Assembly (NCBI GenBank): GCA_964609585.1
Contig: CAZSRA010000002.1
Coordinates: forward strand, 46,820-110,819
Source: an uncultured Candidatus Saccharimonadales bacterium
Lineage (GTDB): Bacteria; Patescibacteriota; Saccharimonadia; UBA4664
DNA length: 64,000 nt
Direction: 5' to 3'
Shown here: positions 28,208 to 38,210 of the stretch, one piece after another
How positions within the stretch are numbered: position 1 is the first letter of the stretch
Layout of the letters: every line of letters starts with the position of its first letter
Program-made: the position numbers and the translations under genes
Notes under the pieces: model-generated
The model's database searches: none
Told to the model about the DNA's origin: nothing
Seen by the model: only the letters and a program-made list of their open reading frames with translations

Positions 28208-28591
28208 ATGACTACCTCTAAAACGAAAGTCGCAATCATCGAGGATGATATGGCGATTGTGCAAATGTACCGGACGAAGTTCGAGACTGAGGGCTATGAA
28301 GTAGCAACGGCGGAGGATGGCGCCGCTGGGCTGGAACTGATTGAGTCGTTTGAGCCCGATATTATTTTGCTCGACTTAATGATGCCAAATATGAACGGCC
28401 TGGATATGCTGTCGCGCCTGCGTAGCCAGCAAAATGGCCGCAATGCCAAAGTGGTGGTGCTTACCAATATGGGCGACACGGAAACGGCGACGAAAGTGTA
28501 TAAGATGGCGGCGGACGATTACATTGTGAAGGCGGAAATGACTCCGAAGCAGGTGGCAGAGCGAGTGAAGGCGCTGCTAGCTAGGGGCTAA
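28208..28591 (+). CDS. Response regulator, receiver domain only
   Basis: VAIIEDD...IILLDLMMP...VVVLTN...YIVK; 127 aa. Confidence 0.85.
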   Translation: MTTSKTKVAIIEDDMAIVQMYRTKFETEGYEVATAEDGAAGLELIESFEPDIILLDLMMPNMNGLDMLSRLRSQQNGRNAKVVVLTNMGDTETATKVYKMAADDYIVKAEMTPKQVAERVKALLARG

Positions 28592-28600
28592 GTCGGGTTT

Positions 28601-28882
28601 TTATTGAAGCATCCGGCTGATGTATATCCAGGCAATGAAAGCTATGGCGAGGCTGAGGAGGACTAGCGACCAGATATATTTGCGGATGAATAGTGGCGCG
28701 ATTATGAGTAAGAAATAACCAATTATTACAGCGTTCGTATCGAAGAAAGAGTGCGATTCGTCGTTGTAATTATCAATGTGGGAAATATTAAAGCTAATCC
28801 CATAACCCATAATGATGATTCCAAGGAGCAGCAAAGCGAGCATGAGGATTGTTCTTGATCTTGTAATCATTTCTGTAAGCAT
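28601..28882 (-). CDS. Small membrane protein (hypothetical) in an AT-rich spacer
   Basis: 93 aa with two or three hydrophobic helices. Local GC is far below the backbone. Confidence 0.3.
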   Translation of the reverse strand: MLTEMITRSRTILMLALLLLGIIIMGYGISFNISHIDNYNDESHSFFDTNAVIIGYFLLIIAPLFIRKYIWSLVLLSLAIAFIAWIYISRMLQ

Positions 28883-28960
28883 AGCATTTTAGGTGGCATT
28901 ACCGATAGAGACCGGGGGGACACAGAACGTCCCCCCGATCCCCGGTGTTAGCTGATCAGG

Positions 28961-30259
28961 TCAGCGCAATCTAGGCAGCCGTTGCCAGCGCCCAACTGCC
29001 CACTGAGCAGCCATGTTCGTCCAGCCTCGGTTGACGTACTGAAGGTGCCCGCAGGCCGGAAGACTGGCGATGCAGGGCGGGATATCCCGTTTTTGGTAGT
29101 TACAAACCGGATCTCCCTTCACGCAGTAACTCCGGACGCGGGCCTGCCATTTGCCCGGGATGGTTTGAGGGTCGTACCCGGTCTGCAACAGAATGCCCGA
29201 GAGCTGTCTGCTGTAGGTACCCACGTTGACGAGATTCTGCGATTTGTCCGGATTGAATACCGGGTCGCCGAATTCCACAACGGCGGCGATGTGCTTGCGT
29301 TCCTCGTCGGTGAAGAGCGCATAAGCATCGCCTGCTGCCTGTGCCCCCTGGCTGTACCCGGCGATGACCGCGTATGTGGTGGGGCAGAACTGCAGGAAGT
29401 TGCGCACCGACTTCAGCAGCGAATCCCGGCCAGCCCATTCACTACTCACGTAGTTGGCCGGATAGGCCGGATCCCACCATAGGACGTCAATGGCTGGGTA
29501 GTCGACAGCTTCGAACCGGAGGCCCGGAATCGATCGTGCCATGGCATTCTTGTCGGTATCGACGGTATCTCCCATACCCTCGCCCTGCCAAGGCTTTTCG
29601 CCGGAGCCTCTGAGCCCGAAGAACTTGACCGTTCCGCACTTGTAGCCTGGAGGCTTGGTTGTGCTCGGGCTGGATGGCGTCGCGCTCGATGGCGGCGCGG
29701 AGGTTGGCGTTGAACTGACCGTGGTCGGCGAAGTGGGGGTCGGACCTGGGGTCGGGGGAGTCTGACTCAGACCGAACACGAGGTACATCGCTGAAGAGCC
29801 GATGCTGCCGCAATTGTCGATCAGAGAGATACGGAGGTGGTTGCTCCCCGTATGCAAGAAGCTCCCACTGATGTCGAGTGGCGGTGCGGACGTGATGGTT
29901 CCGCCGCAGTTCCCACTGTAGTCGTGATAGTACAGCGTTCCCCCGGAGGGACTCGGGTTTATGTCGATGTCCACAGCGTCGTTGACGAATGTATCGCCGG
30001 TACCGTCTGGGTTAGAAGACAGCCATACGGGACCCCCCGGGTAGTTCACGTCCAACGCCAGATAGCCGAAGCTCGTTGGCCCGTCTTTGAGCTGTGCGGC
30101 GATGGGGTCGGTGATCTTGATGACAGTGACCGATGTGTCGGCGGCGGCCGGGCCCGTAAAGAGCCCAACGCCAACCAAAGCCAGGCAGAGCGCCATCATT
30201 GTGGCTGCAAGGCCTACCACAGGCGAACTGCCGCGGGGCCGTTTGAGATTTTGCGACAC
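28961..30259 (-). CDS. Secreted cutinase-family serine esterase with N-terminal domain and PT-rich linker (on a high-GC island)
   Basis: Signal peptide; linker PPTPGPTPTSPTTVSSTPTSAPPSSATPSSPSTTKPPG; cutinase core with nucleophile elbow AGYSQGAQAAG, paired cysteines, Asp in GDPVC and His in CGHLQY. Confidence 0.75.
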   Translation of the reverse strand: MSQNLKRPRGSSPVVGLAATMMALCLALVGVGLFTGPAAADTSVTVIKITDPIAAQLKDGPTSFGYLALDVNYPGGPVWLSSNPDGTGDTFVNDAVDIDINPSPSGGTLYYHDYSGNCGGTITSAPPLDISGSFLHTGSNHLRISLIDNCGSIGSSAMYLVFGLSQTPPTPGPTPTSPTTVSSTPTSAPPSSATPSSPSTTKPPGYKCGTVKFFGLRGSGEKPWQGEGMGDTVDTDKNAMARSIPGLRFEAVDYPAIDVLWWDPAYPANYVSSEWAGRDSLLKSVRNFLQFCPTTYAVIAGYSQGAQAAGDAYALFTDEERKHIAAVVEFGDPVFNPDKSQNLVNVGTYSRQLSGILLQTGYDPQTIPGKWQARVRSYCVKGDPVCNYQKRDIPPCIASLPACGHLQYVNRGWTNMAAQWAVGRWQRLPRLR

Positions 30260-30487
30260 GGAGTGTCGCCTCCTTCGATGTCGAGGAACAGAAACGAAAA
30301 CGTGGCCGCAGGTGCGGTCACGATCGATGTTAATTTAGCAATAAATGTATATTTTGTCAAGCATCACCACCTACGCTGCTGGCTAAGGGGTAAAAGCAAA
30401 CACTCCGCCGACCGCGAGGGCCAGCGAAGTGCTGCTTCTCGTGTCTTGCGGAGCTTGGCCGGATAGCGTGGTCCGGCCTTGAGGTGC

Positions 30488-31024
30488 CTAGTTGCTCTGG
30501 TCGGGTCGGTCGGTCGGTGCGAGCTGTGCCCTCAGGACATCGGCGAGCTCACTGCTTCTGACGGCACCGTACGCGATCATCGAGGCGTGCGTCTCGGGCC
30601 GCTTCGAACCCCACTTTACCGAGAACCACGGCCTCGAGAACAGGGCGATGAGGGTGGAGACGCCGCTTGCGTCCGCTGCCTCGTACGCCAGGTCTGAGCC
30701 GTGGTCCAGACCGACGATGGCCAGGCGGTAGTAGCCCTCGCTCTCGAGGTTGAAGACGGCAGTCGCGATGGCATCGAGGCCCTCAGCATCGGAGATGCCG
30801 TTGACTCGCCGGACGAATTTCGAGGCCCAGGAGTAGGCGAAGTGCGGCAGGAAGAGCACAGCTCGCCGGCTTCTGGTGGGATCGATGTGGCAGTGGGCGA
30901 GACCGGCAGCCCGGATGACCGCCAGGAGCTCCTCGGCCGCACTTGATTGCGCCACCAGGACGACTCCGTCTGGCCACTCTCGTGGCTCAGGGGTGTCCGA
31001 ACCTTGGGGTGCGAATCCTGACAT
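30488..31024 (-). CDS. Hypothetical protein (high-GC island)
   Basis: 178-aa ORF with no confident motif. Confidence 0.35.
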   Translation of the reverse strand: MSGFAPQGSDTPEPREWPDGVVLVAQSSAAEELLAVIRAAGLAHCHIDPTRSRRAVLFLPHFAYSWASKFVRRVNGISDAEGLDAIATAVFNLESEGYYRLAIVGLDHGSDLAYEAADASGVSTLIALFSRPWFSVKWGSKRPETHASMIAYGAVRSSELADVLRAQLAPTDRPDQSN

Positions 31025-31165
31025 TAGACTCCTTCTTGGAGCATAGAGCGGCCCAGGGCCACATAAAAGATGCGACCGGGTGATCGCGTTTATTATTGTA
31101 CGTATATTTTACTCTTTTGTCTAGTATAAATACTTGCCACAGATTCGACATGGTATTATGACCGA

Positions 31166-32134
31166 ATGAAGCAATCAACACCTACCCCCTCCCCTGTCGT
31201 CGTCTCTGGTTCGATCGCGATTGATCGGATTATGAAGTTTGACGGGCGGTATAAGGATTACATTCGGCCGGAGAAGCTGGAGAGTTTGTCGATTTCGGTG
31301 TTTTTGAAGGAGTTGCAGGACTGCCAGGGTGGTGTGGGGGCAAATATTGCTTATTCGCTGGCGCTTTTGGGCGAATCGCCGGTGCTGGTGGGGGCAGCGG
31401 GGCGCGACGCGGTGGCGTATATGGAGAAATTGGCGCACCTGGGCGTGGACATTACACAAGTGCACGAGAGCGAGCTACCGACGGCATCGTTTAATGTGAT
31501 GACGGATGGCGACGAGAACCAGGTGGGTGGGTTTTATCCGGGTGCGATGTTTGATAGCGCCAGCTTGACCTTTGAGCCATGGCGCCGGGCAGATGCGATT
31601 TTGGTGGTGAGTCCGCATGATCCGGTGGCGATGCGGCGCCAGGTGGAGCAGTGCGCGCAGTGGGATTTGCGCTTGTGCTACGACGTGGGTCAGCAGGTGA
31701 GCAATTTGGATGCCGAGGACTTGCGAGCCGGAGTTGAGACGGCGCAGTGGTTGATTTTGAACGAATATGAAATGAGCGCGATGGCGGCAAAAATTGGCCG
31801 GAGCGTGGCCGATATTAAGGCGAAAGTGCCAGTGGTGGTGACGACTTTAGGCAAGATGGGCTCGGTGATTGAGGGCACGGAAGTAGCCGAGACTGTGAGA
31901 GTAGGAATTGTAAAACCGGAGCACGTGGCGGATCCGACCGGGGCGGGTGATGCTTACCGGGCTGGCTTTTTGTATGGACTGGCACGGGGTTGGGATCTGA
32001 AGGTTTGCGGGCAGCTGGGGGCAGTATGCGGGACATATGCGATCGAGAGTGTGGGGACCCAGGGTCATAAGTTCAGTTTGAAAGAGGTAGCAACGCGCTA
32101 CGAAGAAGCTTTTGGGGAAGTGCTCACGCTTTAA
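31166..32134 (+). CDS. PfkB-family carbohydrate/nucleoside kinase (possibly adenosine kinase, given nearby ahcY)
   Basis: C-terminal PfkB signature DPTGAGDAYRAGFLYGLARG; 322 aa. Confidence 0.8.
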   Translation: MKQSTPTPSPVVVSGSIAIDRIMKFDGRYKDYIRPEKLESLSISVFLKELQDCQGGVGANIAYSLALLGESPVLVGAAGRDAVAYMEKLAHLGVDITQVHESELPTASFNVMTDGDENQVGGFYPGAMFDSASLTFEPWRRADAILVVSPHDPVAMRRQVEQCAQWDLRLCYDVGQQVSNLDAEDLRAGVETAQWLILNEYEMSAMAAKIGRSVADIKAKVPVVVTTLGKMGSVIEGTEVAETVRVGIVKPEHVADPTGAGDAYRAGFLYGLARGWDLKVCGQLGAVCGTYAIESVGTQGHKFSLKEVATRYEEAFGEVLTL

Positions 32135-32192
32135 ACGACTTGCCTGAAATAAATGGGATTTCTATAATGCGATTAAATAATTAAGGGCTACG

Positions 32193-32834
32193 ATGAACGA
32201 ACGCAAATTATGGAAATATACGGGTTTGCTTGGTATCGGCCTCATGATTTTAACGTTGATTGAAGTGCCGCTCTACTTCATTTATGACGGTCCGCCACCG
32301 GACGGAAACATTCTTGCCCGGGTGCTTTTGAATGTCCTCGTGGTAACGGGTCTGGTGATCTTTTTTGCTAGTTTTCGTGGGCTAGTCGCAAAGAGCTACG
32401 CCGCTTACGAATGGCTGGCGACTTTGATGTTTGGAGGAGTGCTAGCCTACGCGCTGCTCACTTTTATTGCGAGCTCGCTTGAAGCGGGCCTAGCCATAGC
32501 AACATCTGCCAATATCGATCCCACTATTGCCGCAAACGGAACGTACATTATGTATGGCTCTATCGGACGGCTTATGAGCACGTTGCTGCTTGGATCAGCT
32601 GGCTATTTAACGTTTGCGACAAGGATTCTCCCCCGCTGGACAAGCTGGCTGGCTTTTTATCTGGCGGCGTTTAGCTTGGCTTTTGTACCCTCAATGTTTT
32701 TCGGCAATGACCCGACTCATTTCTATAGTGCGAATGGCTGGGGTACGACGGCGATTGCTGCAAGTTCGCTGATGTATTGGGTACTGGCCGCAAGCATTGT
32801 GATGCTGGTAAAAGCGCGAAAAATCAGGGCATAG
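32193..32834 (+). CDS. Hypothetical membrane protein (6 TM)
   Basis: 213 aa with multiple hydrophobic helices. Confidence 0.45.
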   Translation: MNERKLWKYTGLLGIGLMILTLIEVPLYFIYDGPPPDGNILARVLLNVLVVTGLVIFFASFRGLVAKSYAAYEWLATLMFGGVLAYALLTFIASSLEAGLAIATSANIDPTIAANGTYIMYGSIGRLMSTLLLGSAGYLTFATRILPRWTSWLAFYLAAFSLAFVPSMFFGNDPTHFYSANGWGTTAIAASSLMYWVLAASIVMLVKARKIRA

Positions 32835-32906
32835 CTCACAAGGCCTAGCGCTTTTGGCTATTCCCTCCTGATATACTGTGGGCATATTCAACCTGATGGA
32901 GATGGT

Positions 32907-34202
32907 ATGGCGAACAACGATTATAAGGTAGCAGACATTAAGCTGGCAGACTGGGGCCGACGAGAGATTCGACTGGCAGAGAAGGAAATGCCGGGGCTGA
33001 TGGCGCTACGAGAAGAGCATGCCGGGAAGAGGCCGCTGGCTGGCGCGCGGATTGCGGGATCTTTGCACATGACTATTCAGACGGCGGTGTTGATTGAGAC
33101 GCTGGTGGAGCTGGGGGCCGAGGTGCGCTGGGCTTCCTGCAATATTTTTAGCACCCAGGACCAAGCGGCTGCGGCGGTGGCGGCCGTCGGGGTGCCAGTG
33201 TTTGCCTGGAAGGGCGAGAGCGAAGAGGAGTATTGGTGGTGCACGGAGCAGACACTGAAGTTTGAGGGCGGTAAGGGGCCAAATTTGCTACTGGATGATG
33301 GCGGCGATTTGACGGGACTGGTACACACAAAGCATCCGGAATTGCTCGCAGACATTAAAGGCGTGAGCGAGGAAACCACAACCGGGGTGCATCATTTGGA
33401 TCAAATGATGAAGGCGGGAGCATTGAAGCTGCCAGCCATTAATGTGAATGATTCGGTGACGAAAAGTAAGTTTGACAATAAATATGGCTGCCGCGAGTCG
33501 CTCGTAGACGGGATTAAGCGCGCCACGGATGTGATGCTGGCCGGCAAAGTGGCTGTGGTGGCGGGATACGGCGATGTGGGCAAGGGCTGCGCACAGTCGC
33601 TGGATTCGTATGGGTGCCGAGTGCTCGTGACCGAGATTGATCCGATTTGTGCGCTCCAGGCGATGATGGAAGGGTTTGAAGTGGTGACGATGGAGGAGGC
33701 GGCTACTCGGGGAGACATTTTTGTGACTACCACGGGTTGCCGCGACATTATTACCCTCGAGCACATGAAAGTCATGAAAGACGCGGCGATTGTGTGCAAC
33801 ATTGGGCACTTTGATGTAGAGATTGAGGTGGAGGCACTCAGCAATGCGGCGGGCGTGACGAAGGAAGAGCTCAAACCTCAGGTGGATGTGTATACGTTTG
33901 CGGATGGGCACCGGATTATTTTGCTGGCCGAGGGGCGGCTGGTGAATTTGGGTTGTGCCACGGGGCATCCATCGTTTGTGATGAGCACGTCATTTTCGAA
34001 TCAGGTTTTGGCGCAGCTGGAATTGTGGAGGGGAGGCTATGAGGTGGGCGTGCACCGCCTGCCCAAGGAACTCGACGAGAAGGTGGCGCGGATTCATGTG
34101 GAAGCGCTGGGCGGGAAACTGACGAAATTGACGGCCACGCAGTCGGAGTATTTGAAGCTGGAGACGGAGGGGCCGTTTAAGCCAGAGCATTATCGGTACT
34201 AA
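32907..34202 (+). CDS. ahcY: Adenosylhomocysteinase
   Basis: [30 protein letters not shown]...NAD-binding [10 protein letters not shown]...; 431 aa with full-length identity to S-adenosyl-L-homocysteine hydrolase. Confidence 0.9.
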   Translation: MANNDYKVADIKLADWGRREIRLAEKEMPGLMALREEHAGKRPLAGARIAGSLHMTIQTAVLIETLVELGAEVRWASCNIFSTQDQAAAAVAAVGVPVFAWKGESEEEYWWCTEQTLKFEGGKGPNLLLDDGGDLTGLVHTKHPELLADIKGVSEETTTGVHHLDQMMKAGALKLPAINVNDSVTKSKFDNKYGCRESLVDGIKRATDVMLAGKVAVVAGYGDVGKGCAQSLDSYGCRVLVTEIDPICALQAMMEGFEVVTMEEAATRGDIFVTTTGCRDIITLEHMKVMKDAAIVCNIGHFDVEIEVEALSNAAGVTKEELKPQVDVYTFADGHRIILLAEGRLVNLGCATGHPSFVMSTSFSNQVLAQLELWRGGYEVGVHRLPKELDEKVARIHVEALGGKLTKLTATQSEYLKLETEGPFKPEHYRY

Positions 34203-34332
34203 ATAAATAATTGCGAAAAGCCCCGTTTATCGGTTTGGGGTGAAACCTAGGCGAAAACTTGAGTCTTAACGTCCAGGGTGCTGGACCCACGGTATGATCG
34301 CCATCCATACCGTAGGTCCTTGGTGCATGCGT

Positions 34333-34701
34333 CTAGTCGGGGCGGGAGAACCTTGCCCACATGCGAGCCTCGAGCGGCCAGCGCTCGAGATCTTCTCTGG
34401 TGCGACCGAACTCATCCCTCCATGGCTCGACGGGACTCGGGCTGGGCTTGGCGTCTCCGCTGGGCGCTTCGATCACGAAGTGGTAGAAGCCGACGACGGC
34501 CAGGATGGCTCCTACTACGAGCAGCGCCTGGAGCCAGACCGGCAAGCCATGTGCGACGGCCCGTACGACCGCGACCGCGAGGGGGCCCGTGAAGCTGGTG
34601 ACGATCATCCCACCTAGCGGATTGTGCCTTTGGGGAGCCATGCACTCCCCTCCTTCCTTTCCGAGAAGACGTGGTGCGGGCCGGATCTCGGCTTGTGGCA
34701 A
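34333..34701 (-). CDS. Small hydrophobic protein (hypothetical) on a short high-GC insert
   Basis: Helices LAVAVVRAVAHGLPVWLQALLVVGAILAVVGFYHFVI. The start is uncertain, with internal ATGs at MAPQR and MIVTSF. Confidence 0.3.
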   Translation of the reverse strand: MPQAEIRPAPRLLGKEGGECMAPQRHNPLGGMIVTSFTGPLAVAVVRAVAHGLPVWLQALLVVGAILAVVGFYHFVIEAPSGDAKPSPSPVEPWRDEFGRTREDLERWPLEARMWARFSRPD

Positions 34702-34740
34702 ACACTACAACTACGAGGGGCATATGTCAAAACAGACATT

Positions 34741-35670
34741 TTACCCGTTGATGATGAGGTCGAGTAGAGCCATCCGGGTATACATGCCGTTGGTCATTTG
34801 CTTGGTGAGGTAAACGGCGCGGGGGTCGGCGTCGACTTCAGTGGCAATTTCGTCGAGACGCGGTAGGGCGTGCATGACGATGCTGGTGGGTTTCATTTTC
34901 TTAAGAGTAGTGGCGTCGATGCGATATTTGCCGAGAGCTTTGAGGTAGAGCTCTTCGGGGATGAATTCTTTTTTGGGACGAGTGACATAGAGGGCATCGG
35001 CATCGGCGATAACGTCGTCTAAGTCTTCGTGCTCGCTGAAATTGACTTTCTTCGCCTGGAGATACTCGCGGGTAGCCGACTGGAGGCCAAATTCGGGAGC
35101 GGCGACAATGCTGAGTTTGATGTTCGGGAAGAGGGCCAGCAACTTGGCGAGTGAGTTGATGGGACGGTAGTGAGCCATTTCGCCAACGAGCACGATGTAG
35201 ATGTGCTCGAAGGTACCAAGTTCAGCGCGAATGGTGTAGGCGTCGAGCAGAGCCTGGGTGGGGTGCTCACCGATACCGTCGCCCGCACTAATGACGGGTA
35301 CCCAGGCGCTTTCGGCCATAGTTTGAGCCGAGCCTACGGCGGGATTGCGCATCACGATGACGTCGGCATAGGAGGAAAAGACTTTGGCAGTATCTTCGAG
35401 GCTTTCACCCTTGGCTACAGAGGAGTTGGCCATGTTAAGAGGAATGACGCTGCCACCGAGACGCTGCATGGCAGCCATGAACGAGCCGAAAGTGCGGCTG
35501 GAAGGTTCGTAAAAGAGCGAAGCCATAACACGGCCTCTCAGCGCATCGTTGCCGCCCTTTTCAGCGACGAGTTGCTTCATAGTGTCGGCTTTGTCGAAGA
35601 GTTCGGTGAGGGCTTCGCGCGTGAGCGAATCGATGGAAATGAAATCTTGGCCGTGCCAGGTGCTGCTCAT
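34741..35670 (-). CDS. pyrB: Aspartate carbamoyltransferase catalytic chain
   Basis: FYEPSSRTFGSF (STRT-like carbamoyl-phosphate motif), GEHPTQALLD (ATCase-type HPTQALLD, not the OTCase HPCQ), HALP; 309 aa. Confidence 0.7.
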   Translation of the reverse strand: MSSTWHGQDFISIDSLTREALTELFDKADTMKQLVAEKGGNDALRGRVMASLFYEPSSRTFGSFMAAMQRLGGSVIPLNMANSSVAKGESLEDTAKVFSSYADVIVMRNPAVGSAQTMAESAWVPVISAGDGIGEHPTQALLDAYTIRAELGTFEHIYIVLVGEMAHYRPINSLAKLLALFPNIKLSIVAAPEFGLQSATREYLQAKKVNFSEHEDLDDVIADADALYVTRPKKEFIPEELYLKALGKYRIDATTLKKMKPTSIVMHALPRLDEIATEVDADPRAVYLTKQMTNGMYTRMALLDLIING

Positions 35671-35744
35671 AGTGGGTCTACCCTTCGTTTTACTGTGTAG
35701 AGGGTAGCATGAGCTTATCGGCGGGACAAGATGCGGTTAAAGCT

Positions 35745-36521
35745 CTACGACCGCTTTTGTTGGGCGGCGATGATCAGATTGTCGAAGAGAGAAACGACGG
35801 TCATAGGGCCCACGCCGCCGGGATTGGGTGTGATCGTGAGGTCGTTTCGCCGGTATAGAGCAGGGTCGAGCTCATAACGAGGTGAACCGGTGTCTACCAC
35901 GACAGCTCCTGGTTTTACCATGTCGGGTTTAATGAGGTGCTCTTGGCCGGTGCCGGTGAAGATGATGTCGGCCTGCAGGGTTTCGGCTTTGAGATCTTTG
36001 GTGTGAATGTCGCAGCGCACTATGTTGCGACCTGAGGCTTCAAGCCGGTCGGCGAGAGGTTTGCCGACGAGTCTCCCCTGCCCCACTACGACAATATGGC
36101 CAGCGAGATCCACGTTGTAGGCAGCAAGGAGCCAGAGTACGGCTTTGGGGGTGGCCGCCTCAAAAGAAGTGCCGGGAGCAAGGCCATCGACATCCTTGGC
36201 GGGATCGATGGCGGCTAGGGCGGCCTCGGTGATATCGGCGTCGGTGAGAGGGAGTTGGACAATAATGCCGGTGACGGCAGGGTCGGCATTGAGCGATGAA
36301 ATGCGGTCTATAATGGTGGCTGAGGTTTCCACGTACAGGTCAACAATAGCGCCAATGTCTTGTCCGTAGGCTCGTTTCATTTTGAGATAAAGATCGCCGG
36401 CTTCATTATCGCGGGAGCGGATGATGGCAAGACGCGGCACAGTCTCGAGGCTTGGCACCATGCTCGCATGGCGCTGTTTGATGAAATCAGCAAGATCACT
36501 ACCGGCAAGCAATTTCATTGG
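35745..36521 (-). CDS. folD: Bifunctional methylenetetrahydrofolate dehydrogenase/cyclohydrolase
   Basis: LAIIRSRDNEAGDLYLKMKRAYGQDIG...GIIVQLPL...VVVGQGRLVGKPLA...PNPGGVGPMTV. Start placed at MKLLAGS (36521), 3 nt after the upstream RR stop. Confidence 0.85.
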   Translation of the reverse strand, partial: PMKLLAGSDLADFIKQRHASMVPSLETVPRLAIIRSRDNEAGDLYLKMKRAYGQDIGAIVDLYVETSATIIDRISSLNADPAVTGIIVQLPLTDADITEAALAAIDPAKDVDGLAPGTSFEAATPKAVLWLLAAYNVDLAGHIVVVGQGRLVGKPLADRLEASGRNIVRCDIHTKDLKAETLQADIIFTGTGQEHLIKPDMVKPGAVVVDTGSPRYELDPALYRRNDLTITPNPGGVGPMTVVSLFDNLIIAAQQKRS

Positions 36522-36892
36522 GCTTTGGCTTCCCAGAGCTTTGTGAGCTCGGTAATGGCTTTGTCTGGCGTGTAGTCGGATTTTGTCCAATAGGCTTTGG
36601 CGCCGAGCTGCATGACCGCATCGATTTGGTCGGGAGCAGACATATTGGAAAAAACGATTACCTCGGGCAGGTTGGCGCGCCGGGTTTTTAGATTGTGCAT
36701 AAAATCGAGACCACCCATGACAGGCATCATCATGTCGAGTAGGATGATTTCTGGTTCAAATTCATCGACGAGTTCGAGTGCGACTTGGCCGTTTTCGGCC
36801 GACGCCACGGGAAAACCTTCGAGCTCAAATTTCATGGCATAGATCTCGCGAATGATGTCGTCGTCTTCAACTACTAGGACTTTTGGCAGCAC
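36515..36892 (-). CDS. Response regulator, receiver domain only
   Basis: KVLVVEDDD...IILLDMMMP...VIVFSN; 125 aa. Confidence 0.85.
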   Translation of the reverse strand: MLPKVLVVEDDDIIREIYAMKFELEGFPVASAENGQVALELVDEFEPEIILLDMMMPVMGGLDFMHNLKTRRANLPEVIVFSNMSAPDQIDAVMQLGAKAYWTKSDYTPDKAITELTKLWEAKAQ

Positions 36893-38195
36893 GGTAATCT
36901 CCCTGTGGAAGTATCATAACAAACTTTGTGCCTTTTCCGAGCCTCGAAGTGACTTCAATGGTGCCTCCTTGGAGCTCGGCAATACGGCGCGCAAGGTACA
37001 GACCGAGTCCGGTACCTTCGACATTGCCGCGAATGGCATCGCTGGCGCGCTGGAAGCGATCGAAGATGCGTTCGAGCTCATCTGGGTGAATGCCCATGCC
37101 GGTATCGGCCACTTCAATGTACACTTCACCGTGCCTAGCATAGATGGAGAGGGTAATTTTGCCAAATTCGGGTGTATATTTGCGTGCGTTATCGAGCAGA
37201 TTGCCGATGGCCATATAGAGTTTTTCTTCATCGGCGAAGATCTTTAGGGGTCGGTTGGGTTGTTTGATGCTGAGCTGTTGATGTTTTTCGGTAATGGCCC
37301 CTTTTTGCTCGCCGGCAATGGCGCTTATGAGCGGACCAAGCTCAAACTCGGCCGAGCGCAAAATGAGGCGGCCGGCGTCGGCTCTAGCGACATTTAAAAG
37401 TTCTTCGATGATACCGAGGCCGCGTTCATTGCTCTCGATGGCCCGGTGCATGAAGTAGGTTTGGCGGTCGTTGAGCGGCCCAAAGTCGCCGGCTACGAGG
37501 GTAGATAGGATTGATTTTATGCCGGTGGCTGGAGTGCGCAGTTGATGTGACGCGAGTGAAACGAATTCGTCTTTGGCTCGGTCGAGGCGACGTTCAGATT
37601 GAATGGCGGTGAGATAAAGGTAGTACATGAAGATGGCCAAGGTGAGGGTGAGAATAAGAGTAAGCAAGCTAACATCGCGGGCAATGTCTGAAAGGAATTG
37701 GACATGATTGCGATCTCGGTTTAGCTGGGCAGTTTGGGTGGTTTCGATGCTTGCGGCGAGAGTTTGAACTTGGTCCATCGTGGCAGTAGTACTAGCTAAA
37801 CTGTCGGGAGTAACGGCGGAAGCTTTGAACTGGGTATTTACGAGAGTGCGCAGATTTTCAATATCTTGATGATAGCTGGCTGTTATGGTGTCTTGATCAA
37901 GCGACTGGAGCGAGGACCGCACGATACTGGCGGCTTTGACGAAGCGAGTTTGATAGCTGGGATTTCCCGTAATAACGTAACCGCGACGGTTACTCTCGGC
38001 GGCATTGAGCTGCAGCAAAAGTGATTGGAGCTGGGCCTTGGCGGTATTGTTGACCTGACCAGTCTGGCGGATGCTAGAAAGCAGCGCAAGCGCAGCTAAG
38101 GTGGCTGCTGTTGCAACGAACGAGACGGCGATTATGGCACCGAGGGTCATGAAGACGTTTCGGTTTGAATATTGGCGCAACTCCCTGGGCAGCAT
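36867..38195 (-). CDS. Sensor histidine kinase (periplasmic/TM sensor, HisKA, HATPase)
   Basis: N-terminal TM; H-box FVSLASHQLRTPATGIKS; LLDNARKYT; DTGMGI; GTGLGL. Confidence 0.85.
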   Translation of the reverse strand: MLPRELRQYSNRNVFMTLGAIIAVSFVATAATLAALALLSSIRQTGQVNNTAKAQLQSLLLQLNAAESNRRGYVITGNPSYQTRFVKAASIVRSSLQSLDQDTITASYHQDIENLRTLVNTQFKASAVTPDSLASTTATMDQVQTLAASIETTQTAQLNRDRNHVQFLSDIARDVSLLTLILTLTLAIFMYYLYLTAIQSERRLDRAKDEFVSLASHQLRTPATGIKSILSTLVAGDFGPLNDRQTYFMHRAIESNERGLGIIEELLNVARADAGRLILRSAEFELGPLISAIAGEQKGAITEKHQQLSIKQPNRPLKIFADEEKLYMAIGNLLDNARKYTPEFGKITLSIYARHGEVYIEVADTGMGIHPDELERIFDRFQRASDAIRGNVEGTGLGLYLARRIAELQGGTIEVTSRLGKGTKFVMILPQGDYRAAKSPSS

Positions 38196-38210
38196 AGCTT
38201 CGCATCCTTG

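Noticed and set aside
29837-30466. 209-aa plus-strand ORF
   Set aside because: It is antisense to the cutinase gene on a high-GC block. Long spurious ORFs are expected at this GC.
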